Positions 11,131-25,000 of a DNA stretch of 64,000 nucleotides are shown one piece after another. The notes beneath the pieces were generated by a model. It was not told where the DNA came from and searched no databases. It worked only from the letters and a program-made list of their open reading frames with translations. Positions within the stretch are counted from its first letter, which is position 1. Every line of letters starts with the position of its first letter. Origin of the DNA: Mytilus trossulus (lineage: Eukaryota). The stretch lies in contig NW_026963290.1 of assembly GCF_036588685.1 (NCBI RefSeq), positions 3,720,001 to 3,784,000 on the forward strand, written 5' to 3'. The position numbers were made by a program, and so were the translations under genes.

Positions 11131-14100
11131 GCTTTTTAAAATTTCAGAAGATTTCAAATTAACGTTTGTGTTTATTAGAAAGTCAAATACCGATTATACC
11201 TATAACACTAACAAAATGGGGTCACTATGTTATCATTATAAAGGTGATTATTAAGATCAGGCTGCTATAATTAGTTCAGTTATAATCAAGCATACATGTA
11301 CCTGTTTACAACGCATGTTACTTTACTGTAGGGTCCTATATATAGACCATTAATATTGAGCTGTAGGTAGGAAACGTATATACCTTTTGATCTTCTGAAC
11401 AGATGAAAGGTTTAAACTTCATCCGACACAATTTGCCTGTTCTGTTTATGTTTTGGCTTGCGATCATCATGGCCAATAAGTACCGATCGTGGTGACGATA
11501 TCGCTGAATTTGACTTTCCGATAAACTTATATTAAAATTATTTTAGAAATTATTTTGGAGGGAATCACCAGCCCAGTAATAAGCACTTCGAAATTGACAT
11601 GAATATCAATTATATGGTCGGGTTTTTTTTTTTTATAAATTTCCTATTTACAAAACATTTTTCATAAACTGCGGATTTTCTTATCCCAGACATGGATTAC
11701 CTTAGCAGTATTTGGCGCAATATTTGGGGGTTTTGAGTTCTTGATGCTCTTCAACTTTTTAATTGTTTTGCTTTATAACTATTTTGATCTGAGCGTCATT
11801 GATGAGTCGTGTTAAAGACTCAATATGTATCCTTAAATCCAAAGAAGTCGTAAGCTAGGTTTGGATGGTAGATTTGAAAATGAATAAGTAATTTACTTCC
11901 AATTTGGTATCAACGATTTTGGGACGGTAGCTAGGGACAATTTAATTTTTTGTTATGACCGCACTATTTCATAGCTCCAGAAAAGCCAGATGCCTGATCC
12001 CCAAACCACAGTAAAAAAAATAAAAGGAAAATATCATCTTCAAATGTAAAGCCCGGTAAAATATAAATTGAAAGTTAATCAATCATTTACAAATTATTAA
12101 CTGCTTGTAGATGGTTCCTTCATTTTTCTCTAGATTTATTTGAACAGTGTTGACCTGTCATGATGACGTTTTTATGAGGCCAAGGTATAATACACTTTAT
12201 TTATATAGTTTTTACACATTTTCTGTCCAAGTTTTACGTATTACTAATTGCTTGATGTGAAATTTATTTAAACTTGCATAAATGTATAAAAAAATTAAAC
12301 CAGTTCTGCTTTATAGATTTTCATTAATATATTTTACCTTATATCATTATAATGTACCGTATCAAATTTATGTATGTAAACAACTTATAAACTGTTACGA
12401 CTCACCTGCTTTGAGGTATAAAATTAAAATTCTGAATTAAAAGCCAAATTAACAAAATATATCAATTTCAATTCGACAAATGTAAGACGAACTTCTTAAC
12501 ATCAAGTTAAAAATCACGTTTTACTGTAAAAAGCGACAATTGAATACAATAATTTTGTTTTTAATAAATTAGCGTGTTCGTTAATAAAATTCGTCATTGA
12601 ATGCAATCTCATTAAGATGATACAAAAAATAAAATATAAAAAAATAACGAACTGATAAGGAAAATTCATAAATTTCTTTACTAATTATATGTAACAATAT
12701 TATGACAGATTGTTATGTCTCGTAAAGTTATGATGAGAATGTGAAAAAAAAATGACAAGGTACCCCATATCCTAATTGCTAGTCACATATTATCAGGCTA
12801 CCTATTGGCATCGGTATCTCAATTGATGAGACCATAACTAGCAAATAGTGTGAGAAGGAGTTAGCTTTAAGTCCTTATTGTAAAATCCTAAGGTATGACA
12901 AAATTAAGAAGGAACCAATAGCTTGAATGTCCATGGTAGGATCCAGTCATTTTTAAATGGAGTTTCACCATATGTATCAATTCTAAGGCATTGATCGTCA
13001 AAACACCAGCATCCTGCAAATATTGCAGCAGACTTGCAGATACCATTTATGTGTATTTGCATCAAGCTTGCAGAACGGTCCAAGAATATTTGCTGCAAAC
13101 AACTTGAAATACAAACGAGTGTGTGGTGCATACGGACAGCATGACCATTTTAGCAAATTTAGTCCGTCTACTGCAATTTTGCAGCAAATTTGAGGTACTA
13201 CAAAATATGAAATATACCCTTGTCTTGTAGTCTACATATCATCTTATTAAAATTACGCAGCAAATTCTTAATTCTCATTATTAACCAAATTTCTATAACA
13301 AAATTCCTTTATGACAATGATCAAGATATTGAACAAAATTCAACATGTAGAGGTTCCTGAATAAGGACAGGGAAATGTAGTGTGGCAGGGTTATGTTTTA
13401 TCAATCTGTCTTAAAGGTGTGACATTAATTCTGAAACTATTTTACATAAATAACATTCAAGAAGTTCTCAGCATGTTCTTAAAAATAACTTTATTAATGT
13501 TAAAAATACATGTTTCAATCCTTTTATTTACATGATATATAAAACAATGGAATGTTAAAATTATTATACAGCAAAGTCAATCAATGTAGATCTAAGGTGG
13601 GATTCTTTTGTTTTCTATTATTTAATGAGGAAATAAATATGCTTAAAGTTTGGTTCTTTGACTGCACAGGACACTATAATATTCATACACACAATTTTAA
13701 CAATTATTTTTAAATTAAACAATAAAATAACATATAAAAAGCAATATAGCAATAACAGTTCAGCCTTAACATTAAAAACCATCTCATTCTATATGATTCT
13801 ACATAATCAACATTCTTAAATATACATGTATGTACTTAATTTATACAGAATCTATATATTTGTCACAAAAGTTGTATAACATGAGATCGTATTTTGTTTG
13901 AAACGATGTTTTTGATTTTTAGTAATTTTTTGCATCTACTCCAGACGCATTTTATCTACATAAAACTCATCAGTGACGCTTGAATCCCAAAAAGTTAAAA
14001 GGCCAAATAAAGTATGAAGTTGAAGAGCATTGAGGACCAAAATTCTTAAAAGTTTAGCTTAGTTTAAACATTTGAACTGATATATATTCTTATTTCTAAA

Positions 14101-16942
14101 AAAATATATAGAGAATCAATTAACTGTACTGGTTTATTTAGTTGACAGCTTTTTATAATATAAGGAAACCAGTAAACAATGATAATTTTAATTAAACTTC
14201 AACATATATCAATCAATTTTATAAAACACAATATTGTACATCTAAATTACTTGTTGAAAATTTTTGATATACAAATGTATTAAATGTTTCAGGGGGAAAA
14301 ATACATAGTATTTTATAGGCTTATAATTTCAGATAATATTGAGCTTTTATATGAAAAGGGTATGTTTACATTATTATAGTATGTTTTAGTATATAAAAAT
14401 TGAAAACTCTTTTTAAGCACTGAATGAGCAATACAAATGTTAAGATATGAAGTATATTGTAAATGAATCCTATGAATTCATCTGCTAGGCTATGTGTGTT
14501 TTTTCTTTCCATATAAAGCATAATCAGCAAAGGGTGATAAACAAGCTTATATCAATCATTAAAAGACTAGATATTTTAAGTTTCAACATATATAACACTA
14601 CTTTTTTTTCAGTACTGAATCTTATTAGTAAGAAATTTTCATTTTGACATAGATGTTTCCTAAAAGAGAGAAGGTAAGTTACAAAATACATGTTCATGTT
14701 ATAATATAGCCATAAATACACAAATTACTTTCCATGAATTAGTCATGGTGTAGATGCTTTGCTCACACTGAAGAACACATGATTTGGATGAACATCATTG
14801 ATTTATTTATCCTATATGTAGGGTTGCTGTATTTTTATTGTAACACCATGTTATGTATTTGATGCTTAAACTTAAAACAAAGACCTCTTGGTTAATATAT
14901 AATTGACTTCAATTAAAAATGTTCAAACAAAAAAACTGGTATGTTTTGCAGCAATTTAGAAAAGAGATGTTGACTACATTTTCATGGAAGACATCTAATG
15001 AGTCTATCACACACTGACTCAATGCATGTTCAATATTTATATCTGCAAAGTGAATAAAAGGAGAAGACACACAATCATTTAACATTATAAAAGAAGCGGA
15101 AATAAGAATTAGGAGAGCAACTCATCAATGATTTAACCATTGGTAACTAATAAAAAGATGTATGTTTTATAGAAAGCTAAAAAGGCATTCAAAATACATT
15201 ACAACAAACTATTGGTCAATAGTAATTCCAACCTAACCCCTGAGGATCTGAAGATACTAATAAGTACTCCATATCATATATATGTATGTAACATCAACAA
15301 GTTCTCTATTTGTTTGTAACTTTTAACATTTAATAGAAAGGTTTTACAATATAACAATTTTACAATTATAATATACAAAACAATCCACAATGGTCACACA
15401 AAAAGCACAGATAACTTATTGTGACCAGGAAAGTTTATTGATAATATTTTGATTATTGAGCATGATACAATTTGTTTGTAGAAAACTTTTTCAATCCCAA
15501 TAACAGCATCTTTAAATTTTTTGCAATAATATCAAATGTACAGGTCAAAATAAAGTGATTGGCTAACAAGGTCCTTAAAAATTGTTTTCAAATCCATTAA
15601 TTTAAGATATTTGACTTTTAGAAAATAAACAAAAAGGTCATCTATAAATCAAATTATAAAAAAAGTAAATCTTACAGGAAGTGCAAGAAATCATTTGCCT
15701 ATTTTGCATCAATTTAGAAGGTTAATATCATATTTTTTTTAAATTGAAACATTAAACTGCAAAAATTATCTTATGTAATAGATAAGTATATTACAATTCA
15801 AAATTCTCCAGTATTAAATCTTAAGATTAACCAGTTTTTGGTCATTTTAATAAATGTCTTGTTGCAAAACTTTGAATATAGATTACCTTAGCCTTATTTG
15901 GCACAACATTTTGGAATTTTGGGTCCTCAATGCTCTTCGACTTTGTACTTGTTTGCCTTAATAACTTTATTTTTATTTGAGCGTCACTGATGAGTTGACA
16001 AAACATAGGTCTGGCATATAAAATTATAATTCTGGTACCTTTGATAACTATTTGATAAGACATCATTAGCTATCATCAAATCTCATTCAGCATGTTCAGT
16101 AGCAATAAAATGTTAAAACAAATAATGGCAACAACATTTATGGTTAAATTGTTTGGTCAGAAAAATTAAGTACTCTGCCTTAAAACCTGATAGAATGTAT
16201 ATATGAATAACTATACTAACTAACTGCACATTATAGTTGCAACAAAATTGTTATTTTACTTAGTAAAAATAATGTTAACTCAAATATTAAGTTGGTATAT
16301 GGTACATGACACTATCAATATGCCTTGATAACAAAACTATACCAATGTCTCTTAATAGTATATTGTTTCAAAAAGTTAACATTTCCATAATATTAGGCCC
16401 ATTGCATTATTAAGCATATGAAAACAGTAAATGTTCACATATTTGTCAATTGGCTATAATGAATATTCATACATGTCCCTATTTTTTTTAAGAAAAAAAA
16501 GGTTCCCTTTATTATCCATCAAAACTTTCATTTCACATTTGTCCTTGGATAATGCCTATTTGACCTTCTTGAATATACATCTACATGAAATAGCTATTGC
16601 AAAAACTATCTGTGTGATTAGATATGATAATGTTCAAAAATATAACTAGAGTGGATTGATGTTAATTAACACTGCATAAACACACATAGCTTAAATATCA
16701 AAGTGTAGCCCATAAAATTGGAAACAAATATGAGTTATTTGCCACTTGGAAATATTAGCTGACATTCTTTAACCCCTTGAACCTAAAATCCTGAATCCTG
16801 AATCCAAACTTGACATTAAGTTACTTATAGACTTTTGACTAAAAATCTGTACAAACTATGGTTATGAACTCAAAAAAATATAAAAACAATCTATTTAAAA
16901 ATAAATCAAATCAAATACTTGTTTTGTTGAGGCCGCAGTAAA

Positions 16943-18712
16943 AACTAGTGGCTCTAAAGAGCCTGTGTCGCTCACCTTTGTCTATGTGCATATTAAACAA
17001 AGGACACAAATGGATTCATGACAAAATTGTATTTTGGTGATGGTGATGTGTTTGAAGTTCTTACTTTACTGAACGATTTTGCTTCTTACAATTATATCTA
17101 TCATGAACTTTGCCCATTATTAACAGAGAACTATATTTGGTAAAAATTTACATAAATTTACCAAATTAATGAAAATTGTTAAAAATTGACTATAAAGGGC
17201 AATAACTCCTTAAGGGGTCAATTGACCATTTAGGTCATGTTGACTTATTTGTAGATCTTACTTTGCTGAACATTATTGCTGTTTACAGTTTATCGCTATC
17301 TATAATAGTATTCAAGATAACCAAAAACGGCAAAATTTCTTTAAAAATTACCAATTGGAGGGCAGCAACCCAACAACCAGTTGTCCAATTCATCTGAAAA
17401 ATTCAGGGCAGATAGATATTGATTTGATTAACAATTTAACTTCTTGTCAGATTTGCTCTAGATGCTTTGGTTTCATAGTTATAAGCAAAAAACTGCATTT
17501 TACCCCTATGTTCTATTTTTAGCCGTGGCGGCCATCTTGGTTGAATGGCCAGGTCATCGGACACATTTTTCAAACTAGATACCCCAAAGATGATTGTGGC
17601 CTAGTAGTTTCAGTGGAGATTTTGTAAAAGATTACTTAGATTTATGAAAAATGGTTAAAGATTGACTATAAAGGGCAATAACTCCTAAAGGGGTCAACTG
17701 ACCATTTTGGTCATGTTGACTTATTTGTAGATCTTACTTTGCTGAACATTATTGCTGTTTACAATTTATCTCTATCTATAATAATATTCAAGATAATAAC
17801 CAGACAGCAAAATTTCCTCAAAATTACCAATTCAGGGGCAGCAACCCAACAACCGATTGACCGATTCATCTGAAAATATCAGGGCAGATAGTTCTTGACC
17901 TGATAAACATTTTTATCCCATGTCAGATTTCCTCAAAATGCTTTGGTTTTTGAGTTATAAGCCAAAAACTGCATTTTACCCCTTTGTTCTATTTTTAGCC
18001 ATGGCGGCCATCTTGGTTGGTTGACCAGGTCACGCCACACATTTTTTAAACTAGATACCCCAAAGATGATTGTGGCCAAGTTTGGATTAATTTGGCCAAG
18101 TAGTTTCAGAGGAGAAGATTTTTGTAAAAGATTACTGTAACGAAAAATGGTTAAAAATTGACTATAAAGGGCAATAACTCCTAAACGGGTCAACTGACCA
18201 TTTTGGTTATGTTGACTTATTTGTAGATCTTACTTTGCTGAACATTATTGCTGTTTACAGTTTATCTCTAACTATAATAATATTCAAGATAATAACCAAA
18301 AACAGTAAAATTTCTTCAAAATTACCAATTCAGGGGCAGCAACCCAACAACTGATTGACCGATTCATCTGAAAATTTCAGGGCAGATAGATCTAGATCTG
18401 ATAAACATTTTTACCCCATGTCAGATTTGCTCTAAATGCTTTGGTTTTTGAGTTATAAGCCAAAAACTGCATTTTACCCCTATGTTCTATTTTTAGCCGT
18501 GGCGGCCATCTTGGTTGGTTGACCGGGTCACGCCACACATTTTTTAAACTAGATACCCCAATGATGATTGTGGCCAAGTTTGGTTTGATTTGGCCCAGTA
18601 GTTTCAGAGGAGAAGATTTTTATTAAAAGTAAACGACGACGGACGACGACGACGACGGACGCCAAGTGATGAGAAAAGCTCACTTGGCCCTTCGGGCCAG
18701 GTGAGCTAAAAA
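16943..18712 (-). mobile_element. Helentron-associated (HINE/pearl-like) element with about 3 tandem core repeats of 476-496 bp
   Basis: 5' hairpin AGCTCACCTGGCCC-GAA-GGGCCAAGTGAGCT, (GTC)n microsatellite, core anchor TTGACTATAAAGGGCAATAACTCCT at 17186, 17662 and 18158, 3' subTIR AGGTGAGC and GGCTCT/AGAGCC stem-loop. Confidence 0.85.
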
Positions 18713-18978
18713 GTCAATATAAAAGGTCTGATAAGCACAAATGAACAATTATTTGATTCTAAAATGAATCTATCAACTGTTTCTTCAACCAAAAAGGATC
18801 CTTTTTTTTCAAATGTCTTTTAATTAAACCAATAACCTTTAACCCTCATGACCTTAATGTCAGATGGTCTACAACCATGAAAAATATAATTATTATCCTG
18901 TCATGCTAATTAATAATTTGGTAACAAAAACATAACATATTAACATATAAATATTCTTAACCTATATATCACAGTAGG

Positions 18979-19097
18979 TCATGAAGGTGAACTTTGACCT
19001 CCACAACAACCAGATTTTGGCTTTGACTGTGTATGTCTGAGATTCAAAGTACTTGTAGCTCTAGGAGAATACATATCCTCTTTTGGAAGGCTTCTAG
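18979..19097 (-). CDS. RAB31/RAB22: Rab22/Rab31 exon 7 (ARSLPKEDMYSPRATSTLNLRHTQSKPKSGCCGGQSSPS*)
   Basis: CAG acceptor in the correct phase, hypervariable tail with di-cysteine, TGA at 18981-18979. Confidence 0.85.
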
Positions 19098-19362
19098 CTG
19101 CAATGAAAAATCAATGTTTCTTTCATTAGTGTGGCTTCATATGTGATATATAAACATAAAAATAATGGCAGTTCATTTAATTTTGGTTGTTTGACTGTTG
19201 CCTATCTTAAGCTTTTTTATTTTAATTTGTCTTTTATTTACCTAAAAGTAAGAGATAGGAGCATTCTATCTGATAATACAATAGACCACCTGAACAATGG
19301 ATTACATGTAAATATTAAGGCTCCATATGTGAAATAAACAATGCGACAATTTTAAATATAAC

Positions 19363-20220
19363 TGTTCCGGACCATACGAGTATTTAGACCATATGAGTAT
19401 TTGGACCATATGAGTATATACTCGTATGGTTATTAACAGGCCGGACCAATAAGAATTTTGACCATATAGGTAATTTTCTTCAAATATGCATTCCAAATGT
19501 TTCAATAAAACAATAAACTTTGTTTGAAAAAACAATGATGGTTACACATGACAATGTATTGATTTAAAGGCTACGTTAAAATTAAATATTGATGCAAAAG
19601 TTAATTTTCATGGCTTATTACATTATTGCATGTAGACTTATGGTGACATTTACTTCCACTCGGTAACAGAACTTTTTTCGCAATTGCACTTCATGGATGT
19701 GCACGATCCTTTTTCAGTTACACCTTTTGTTTGCAAGTGAAAAGATCAACTTCTTTGCAGCTGTGTGCAGCGGTGTCGAGTTCTTGGGCCATACCAATGT
19801 GTCTATGGTGTTTATGCAGCTCTAGATTTCAAATATCGTAATATGTACTACAATACACCATATTCACAAAACACCTTAAATAAAATATGTTCCTTGCCAG
19901 TGACTTCTTGTGTAACAGTTTATTGAGAAATTTTTGGAAGTTATATCTTCAAGTCAACATATTGCTATTCACTCTTAATAACAAATCGTCTAGGTACTAG
20001 GTAGTAAAATTAACAATGTGAAACTTCTTATTTTTATTTAGTTAATGTCTTCATTATATGATAACAAAATGACCTATATGAAGAGTTAAGAAGTATTAAA
20101 AGTAAACTGTAACAGAGTATTAATAACCCTGACCATACGGGTACAGTCAGATCATACACGTATGGTCGAAACATATGAGTATATACCTATATGGCCCAAA
20201 TACTCATATGGTCCGGAACA
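19363..20220. mobile_element. TIR non-autonomous transposon with TGT...ACA ends and 4-bp TSD (Ginger-like), in Rab intron 6
   Basis: TGTTCCGGACCATA / TATGGTCCGGAACA, subterminal GACCATATGAGTA repeats, TAAC on both flanks. Confidence 0.75.
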
Positions 20221-20519
20221 TAACCATTTGAAATCATTTTCTTTTCTTTTTCTTTTTTTGTTGTTGTTATTTTTAACTTGTAACATTGTATCATGGACTA
20301 AACAGGAAAAGGTTATGTTGTGTGTGATAGGATGATGGATTGCACTTTTTCTTTCATTATCAAGATATTTTTTTTATAGTCAGGAATGGAGAAGTCACAT
20401 TCACAAAGATGCAAGTTTTCCTCAATCCTCAATCCATGAACATTGATACTCATGATTATAACTGAATCCACAGTACCAGAACTACACTAAACATAATTAT
20501 CTATAATTATCAATCATAC

Positions 20520-20612
20520 CTATTTTCATAAAAAGTTCAGGAACATTTACAGCATTCAGAGCACTGGTCTCTATAAATATAGCATTTATTAGGCTGGCAT
20601 ACTCTTCTGCAT
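20520..20612 (-). CDS. RAB31/RAB22: Rab22/Rab31 exon 6 (DAEEYASLINAIFIETSALNAVNVPELFMKI)
   Basis: G5 motif ETSA; TAG/GTATG boundaries, 93 nt, phases 1/1. Confidence 0.93.
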
Positions 20613-21080
20613 CTAAAATACAATATATATGTTCCTTTCTTCAAAGAGTACAAAACAAATATCAAATACAACGAAAGATGTTAATACTTTTTTTTCCAAT
20701 AATTAGTATTAACAATAAACATGATAAAACAAAGATACCCTGGAAAGGCAGAAAATTAGCTGATGAACCACTAAATCATCTCAAAACTGCAAGCAATTTC
20801 AAAGTTGATGGAGCTAAAACAATTGTTTAAGATATGTATAATGATGGCTAAATTTAACTGAGTTTTTTGTCACTATTTTCCAGGTATGTTTTTCTTCCTT
20901 TTCCACATATTTAAGTCTTAGTGAATAATCAATTCAAGGTTTAATTGTCAGACTCCAAGCCTTTTAATTTAATAGCTACAGGGAGAAAAGATTTTGGGTA
21001 AATAAACACCGGAGTGGCTGAAAGTTGGACCAAAATTTTGAACACAACTTTCACTGTAAGGTGTTTTCCATTGTATGTGT

Positions 21081-21347
21081 GGGTCCTCGGTGGCCGAGTA
21101 GTCCAAGTAATTACTTCATGTACTGTAATCACTAGCCAGTCAATACTGGGGATGTGAGTACGAACACCACGCGTTCAAGTGCATTCAACTTCTATCTTAA
21201 TTGACTAGGATTGTCAGTTTTTCTATCAAAGGACGGTGGTTTTCTCCGGGCACTCAGGCTTCCTCAACCAATAAAAACTTACCACCTTGAAATAGCCTAA
21301 CATGGTGCTAAAAAGTTGCATTAAAACACCAAAATTCAAATCAAATC
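21081..21347 (+). mobile_element. tRNA-derived SINE with V-domain-like core
   Basis: A-box-like TGGCCGAGTAG, degenerate B box, GGTTTTCTCCGGGCACTCAGGCTTCCTC core, (CAAAT)n tail. Confidence 0.7.
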
Positions 21348-21593
21348 ATTGTATGTCAAAAACCATTTAGTAGTGGTAAATAATCATTCCAATCGCAACT
21401 CTTAATTGTAAGTGAACTTATAAACCTATTTTTTTAATGTTAGACCAACTTATCTTGGAGTAAACCTCATAGGTGAAGACAATATATAGGATTGTGATAA
21501 CATGATTAGCAACTTACACAATTATTACATACTGTTTTAGTCTCATACATGTCATAAAAATATATTATCATTTGTCTTTCTTTATATAGATAT

Positions 21594-21680
21594 AGGAAGA
21601 TGTGGTGTGAGTGCCAATGAGACAACTCTCCATCCAAATAACAATTTAAAAATTAAACCATTATAGGTTAAAGTACGGCC
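21594..21680 (+). repeat. Dispersed SINE-like fragment (GAAGATGTGGT..GAGTGCCAATGAGACAACTC)
   Basis: Also at ~4091-4135 (+) and at ~2280-2392, ~30690-30740, ~62900-62955 (-). A further dispersed motif occurs at 39122-39250 and reversed at 10410-10490. Confidence 0.65.
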
Positions 21681-22024
21681 TTTTAGTTCTCATTTAACAT
21701 GTTTAATTGTTTTTAAAAGAAGTATATATATATATATAACAATTCTGTAACAATAAAAAAAAAGATACTCCTTAAAATTATGAGGCTCTTTGGACTTTTC
21801 ACAAAAAAATCTAAAGAGTAAAAATACTTGTAAGTCATACACATTTCAGTGTTACTTACAATCTATTCTAATAGTAAGACTTTTGTGAAAAGAGTCGCAG
21901 ATACAGAAAAATTTCAAATTTACCAATTGATTTTAAGTATTGCTACCATCATGACCATAATTAACCTTTTATCAACCCACTACCAAAAATCTTAAATTAA
22001 CAGTCCCTGTATTCTATTTTATAA

Positions 22025-25000
22025 TCAAAGAGCTGAATAGCTCTGAGGGGAAAGACGGCCCTTGTTTCTATTTAATTATGTTTTTGGAAAGGGGGGGGGG
22101 GGGGGGGGGGGGGGGGGTATCTTTTGATAGTTTTCATATGAAGAATGAAAAAGAGAACAGCTAGAACATGTAGAAAGGTTGACAATATTGAAATCAATTG
22201 TTGTTTATGTAATTTCATTTCCTTAGTTTAGGATTCAATTTGGACCAATGGAAGAGATCTGCATCTTCTAAATCTAAACATTTGATTAAAGTTGATAGCT
22301 AATTATCTAAAACTCAACTGAATTCTGTCATTTCACAACAACTACAATATTTTTTGAAATCTTGATTGTGTACCACTGAACTGCAGGCTAGGGCCATTTT
22401 CCATTTTTTGTGACAGTACTCTTGGATTTTTAAGTTTTTTCTTTAGAAAGTGTGGACTGAAAAATCTATTCAGTTTTAAATTTCCATTGTTAAAGTTTCG
22501 AGTTACAACTCTCATCACAGGGAAACAGGTACTAATAAAAAAAACAATATGAGTGATGTAAACTGTGTGAAGCTTGTTTCCAAATCTTAATTTTGAAATA
22601 TTTGTAAATAATAAATATGTTTAAACTACAAAATGAAATTTTTTTTTTTTTTTTTTTTTACCATTACAATGATTATGTAGGTACACAAAAATTTAGTTTT
22701 AATAGAAGACTACTAATCCAATGAAATGTCACATTTGAAGTGTTTAAATACATTAACTTTAATTTTAGTGGATAATTACTCATCAATTGAGGTGTTCCTG
22801 AATTGGAGGAAGATTCCCAGAATTTTTACAGAAAAAAAGTAGTCTCACAAATAAGCGACGAGAAGAATAATTTTTTCTGGTCGCTAAATAGTCTTCTTAA
22901 CGCTTCTTGTCGCTTTTTGACGCTTCTTGTCCCTGATTAGTGAGACCCGAAAAAAGTAATAAAATCGTTTCTTTCCCCTGTCTCATGTAACCCCACGATC
23001 TTTGTTTATTTTGAAAGTTGTTGACCTACAAATTAAAGTATTGTATGTTGATGTTTAAATCATCTACAGTAAACAATATTATGTTTAGATTTAACAAATA
23101 CAAAGTTGTAATTAGTGCACGATCTCTAAGAATGATTTAAATAACCAGTGAACTGGTGAAGGATATCCTGCTTCTTCCAAGAATGACGTCACTATAAAAT
23201 ACAATGTAGGTTGGATATATTTAGAATATCTCGTCATACTAATTTTTCCGGATTGTAAAATAAACGTTAATAGTGTAAAGGAGAGTTCAAGATACGATAA
23301 TTTCGTGAGAAACAGAAGGGAATGTGTAAAAAAGTGTTTAAAGTCAAACTATTCATTTCTGGGTCTCCTTCTCTTCAATCTAAGTAAGATTTGTTGGGGG
23401 GTTTTCCACACTATAACATGTATAAAAACAAAATGAACTAGTATCTCAATTGTTTGTAAAACAATTGAAAGGTCTTTCCTGTAAAAGTGATGCTTTCATA
23501 ATGTACTTTGTACGACCTTTCGTTTGATATACGACAAGCATACCTTCTGAAACTTTTTACTTTTATCACTTAATGACCTCATCCGCCTACATTTTTGAGA
23601 TCGGAATTATTATATATGTAGCATAGAGTAGATGAGCTTTCATTTGATATGCGACAACGCCATATTCTAGAAAGTTTGATTTTTGCACTCAATAACCCTA
23701 TCTTACTAATTTTTGGAGGTCAGGAATTTGCTATTTGAAATGTACACATCATGACCTTTCATTTGATATACAACAACCCTACCTTAAAAGAACATTTATT
23801 TTTTGCACTCAATGACCCCATCCAACTCATTTTTGGGAGACGTCAATTTGAAATTTGAAATGTTCGCTTTATGTTCTTTCATTTGATATGCGACAACCTT
23901 ACCATCTGAGAAATTTGAATGTTTGCACTAAATGACCCCACCCGTCTCCCTTGGATGAAAAGGGGGTTTAAAATTTTCCTTTTTAAGTAGAGTTTATTAA
24001 GACCTTCAATTTGATATATCAGATGACCCCATTTGACAAAGTGCAAATAATGATGCAATATCAACTATATAAATAGAAATTATGAAACTTACAAAGTCAA
24101 TGCAAAACATGAAAATTTCAAATTGAATTTTTGGTGTTTTTTTTCCATGGAATGTTTTTGGTATTTGGTCAAACATATAACTATGCCAACCTCTTCAATT
24201 TCTTAAACATTTTAAGTGGTAAGCTGTTGTTGATTCAGAAATACATGCCGCCGCTCGCAAAATTTCAAACTGCATTATCTCTAAAACGACAGCAGATATC
24301 TCAAATCTGTTAAATGGTAAATGATCTACAGTTAAAGGACAACATCATAGAAAAAGAATTGGGACAATTTCAATGTTCACCAAGGTCACAATTAATCATC
24401 AAATATATGATGCAATACCAAACTTGAGAACCGGAAGTCGTAGAGACATGGGACTACCACCATTCAACTCAAGACCACTTGACCTTTCAAATATCACAAG
24501 GTCAAGGTCATAGTATAATGTGAAGGTCAAGGTGAAATTTCATCATGACCCGACATTGACCTCAAATTGAAGGACTTGAATTACTGATCATCTTTTCAGT
24601 TTATAGTAGGTTGATATCTGTTACCTTTAAAAAGATATACACAAAATACTATACTTTTAATAATCATCCCGTTGTAACTTTTGAACAGACGGTCGGACAT
24701 TTTTGGGCTTATTATATAAAATGTAGAGTTCGTCGAGAGGAACATTTCATACGCTGTACGTAGGCAGCAAAGTCTTATCGTTTTCCTAATATGTAAGCTT
24801 GAAATTGCAGCGTAATTTTTTTTTGCACTCTGTGACCTTTGACCTTGGGTGCATATTGAAGGTCACATGAATTAAAGATTATTGGTGAAGGTCCCAAGTC
24901 TCTACGACCTCCAGTTCTTGAAATAGATTTTTTCAAAAATTGTATACAATTTTTCAAGGGGAATAACTCCTTATAAGGGTTAATAACAAAATGATTGTAT

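Noticed and set aside
11575-16060. Further hammerhead copies (~11790, ~13960, ~15985; also ~28020, ~62685, ~63445, ~63585)
   Set aside because: Catalytic core or helices are mutated or deleted; treated as inactive remnants.
17933-18577. Two similar ORFs (NQPRWPP...) suggesting a small gene family; likewise 23879-24064 and 25853-26038
   Set aside because: They are copies of transposon core repeats.
21081-21170. tRNA gene
   Set aside because: Degenerate B box, no convincing cloverleaf, and it continues into a SINE core and tail.
22091-22117. Poly-G run (and poly-C at 38177-38201) as functional G-quadruplexes
   Set aside because: Plain homopolymers of uncertain length with no supporting context.
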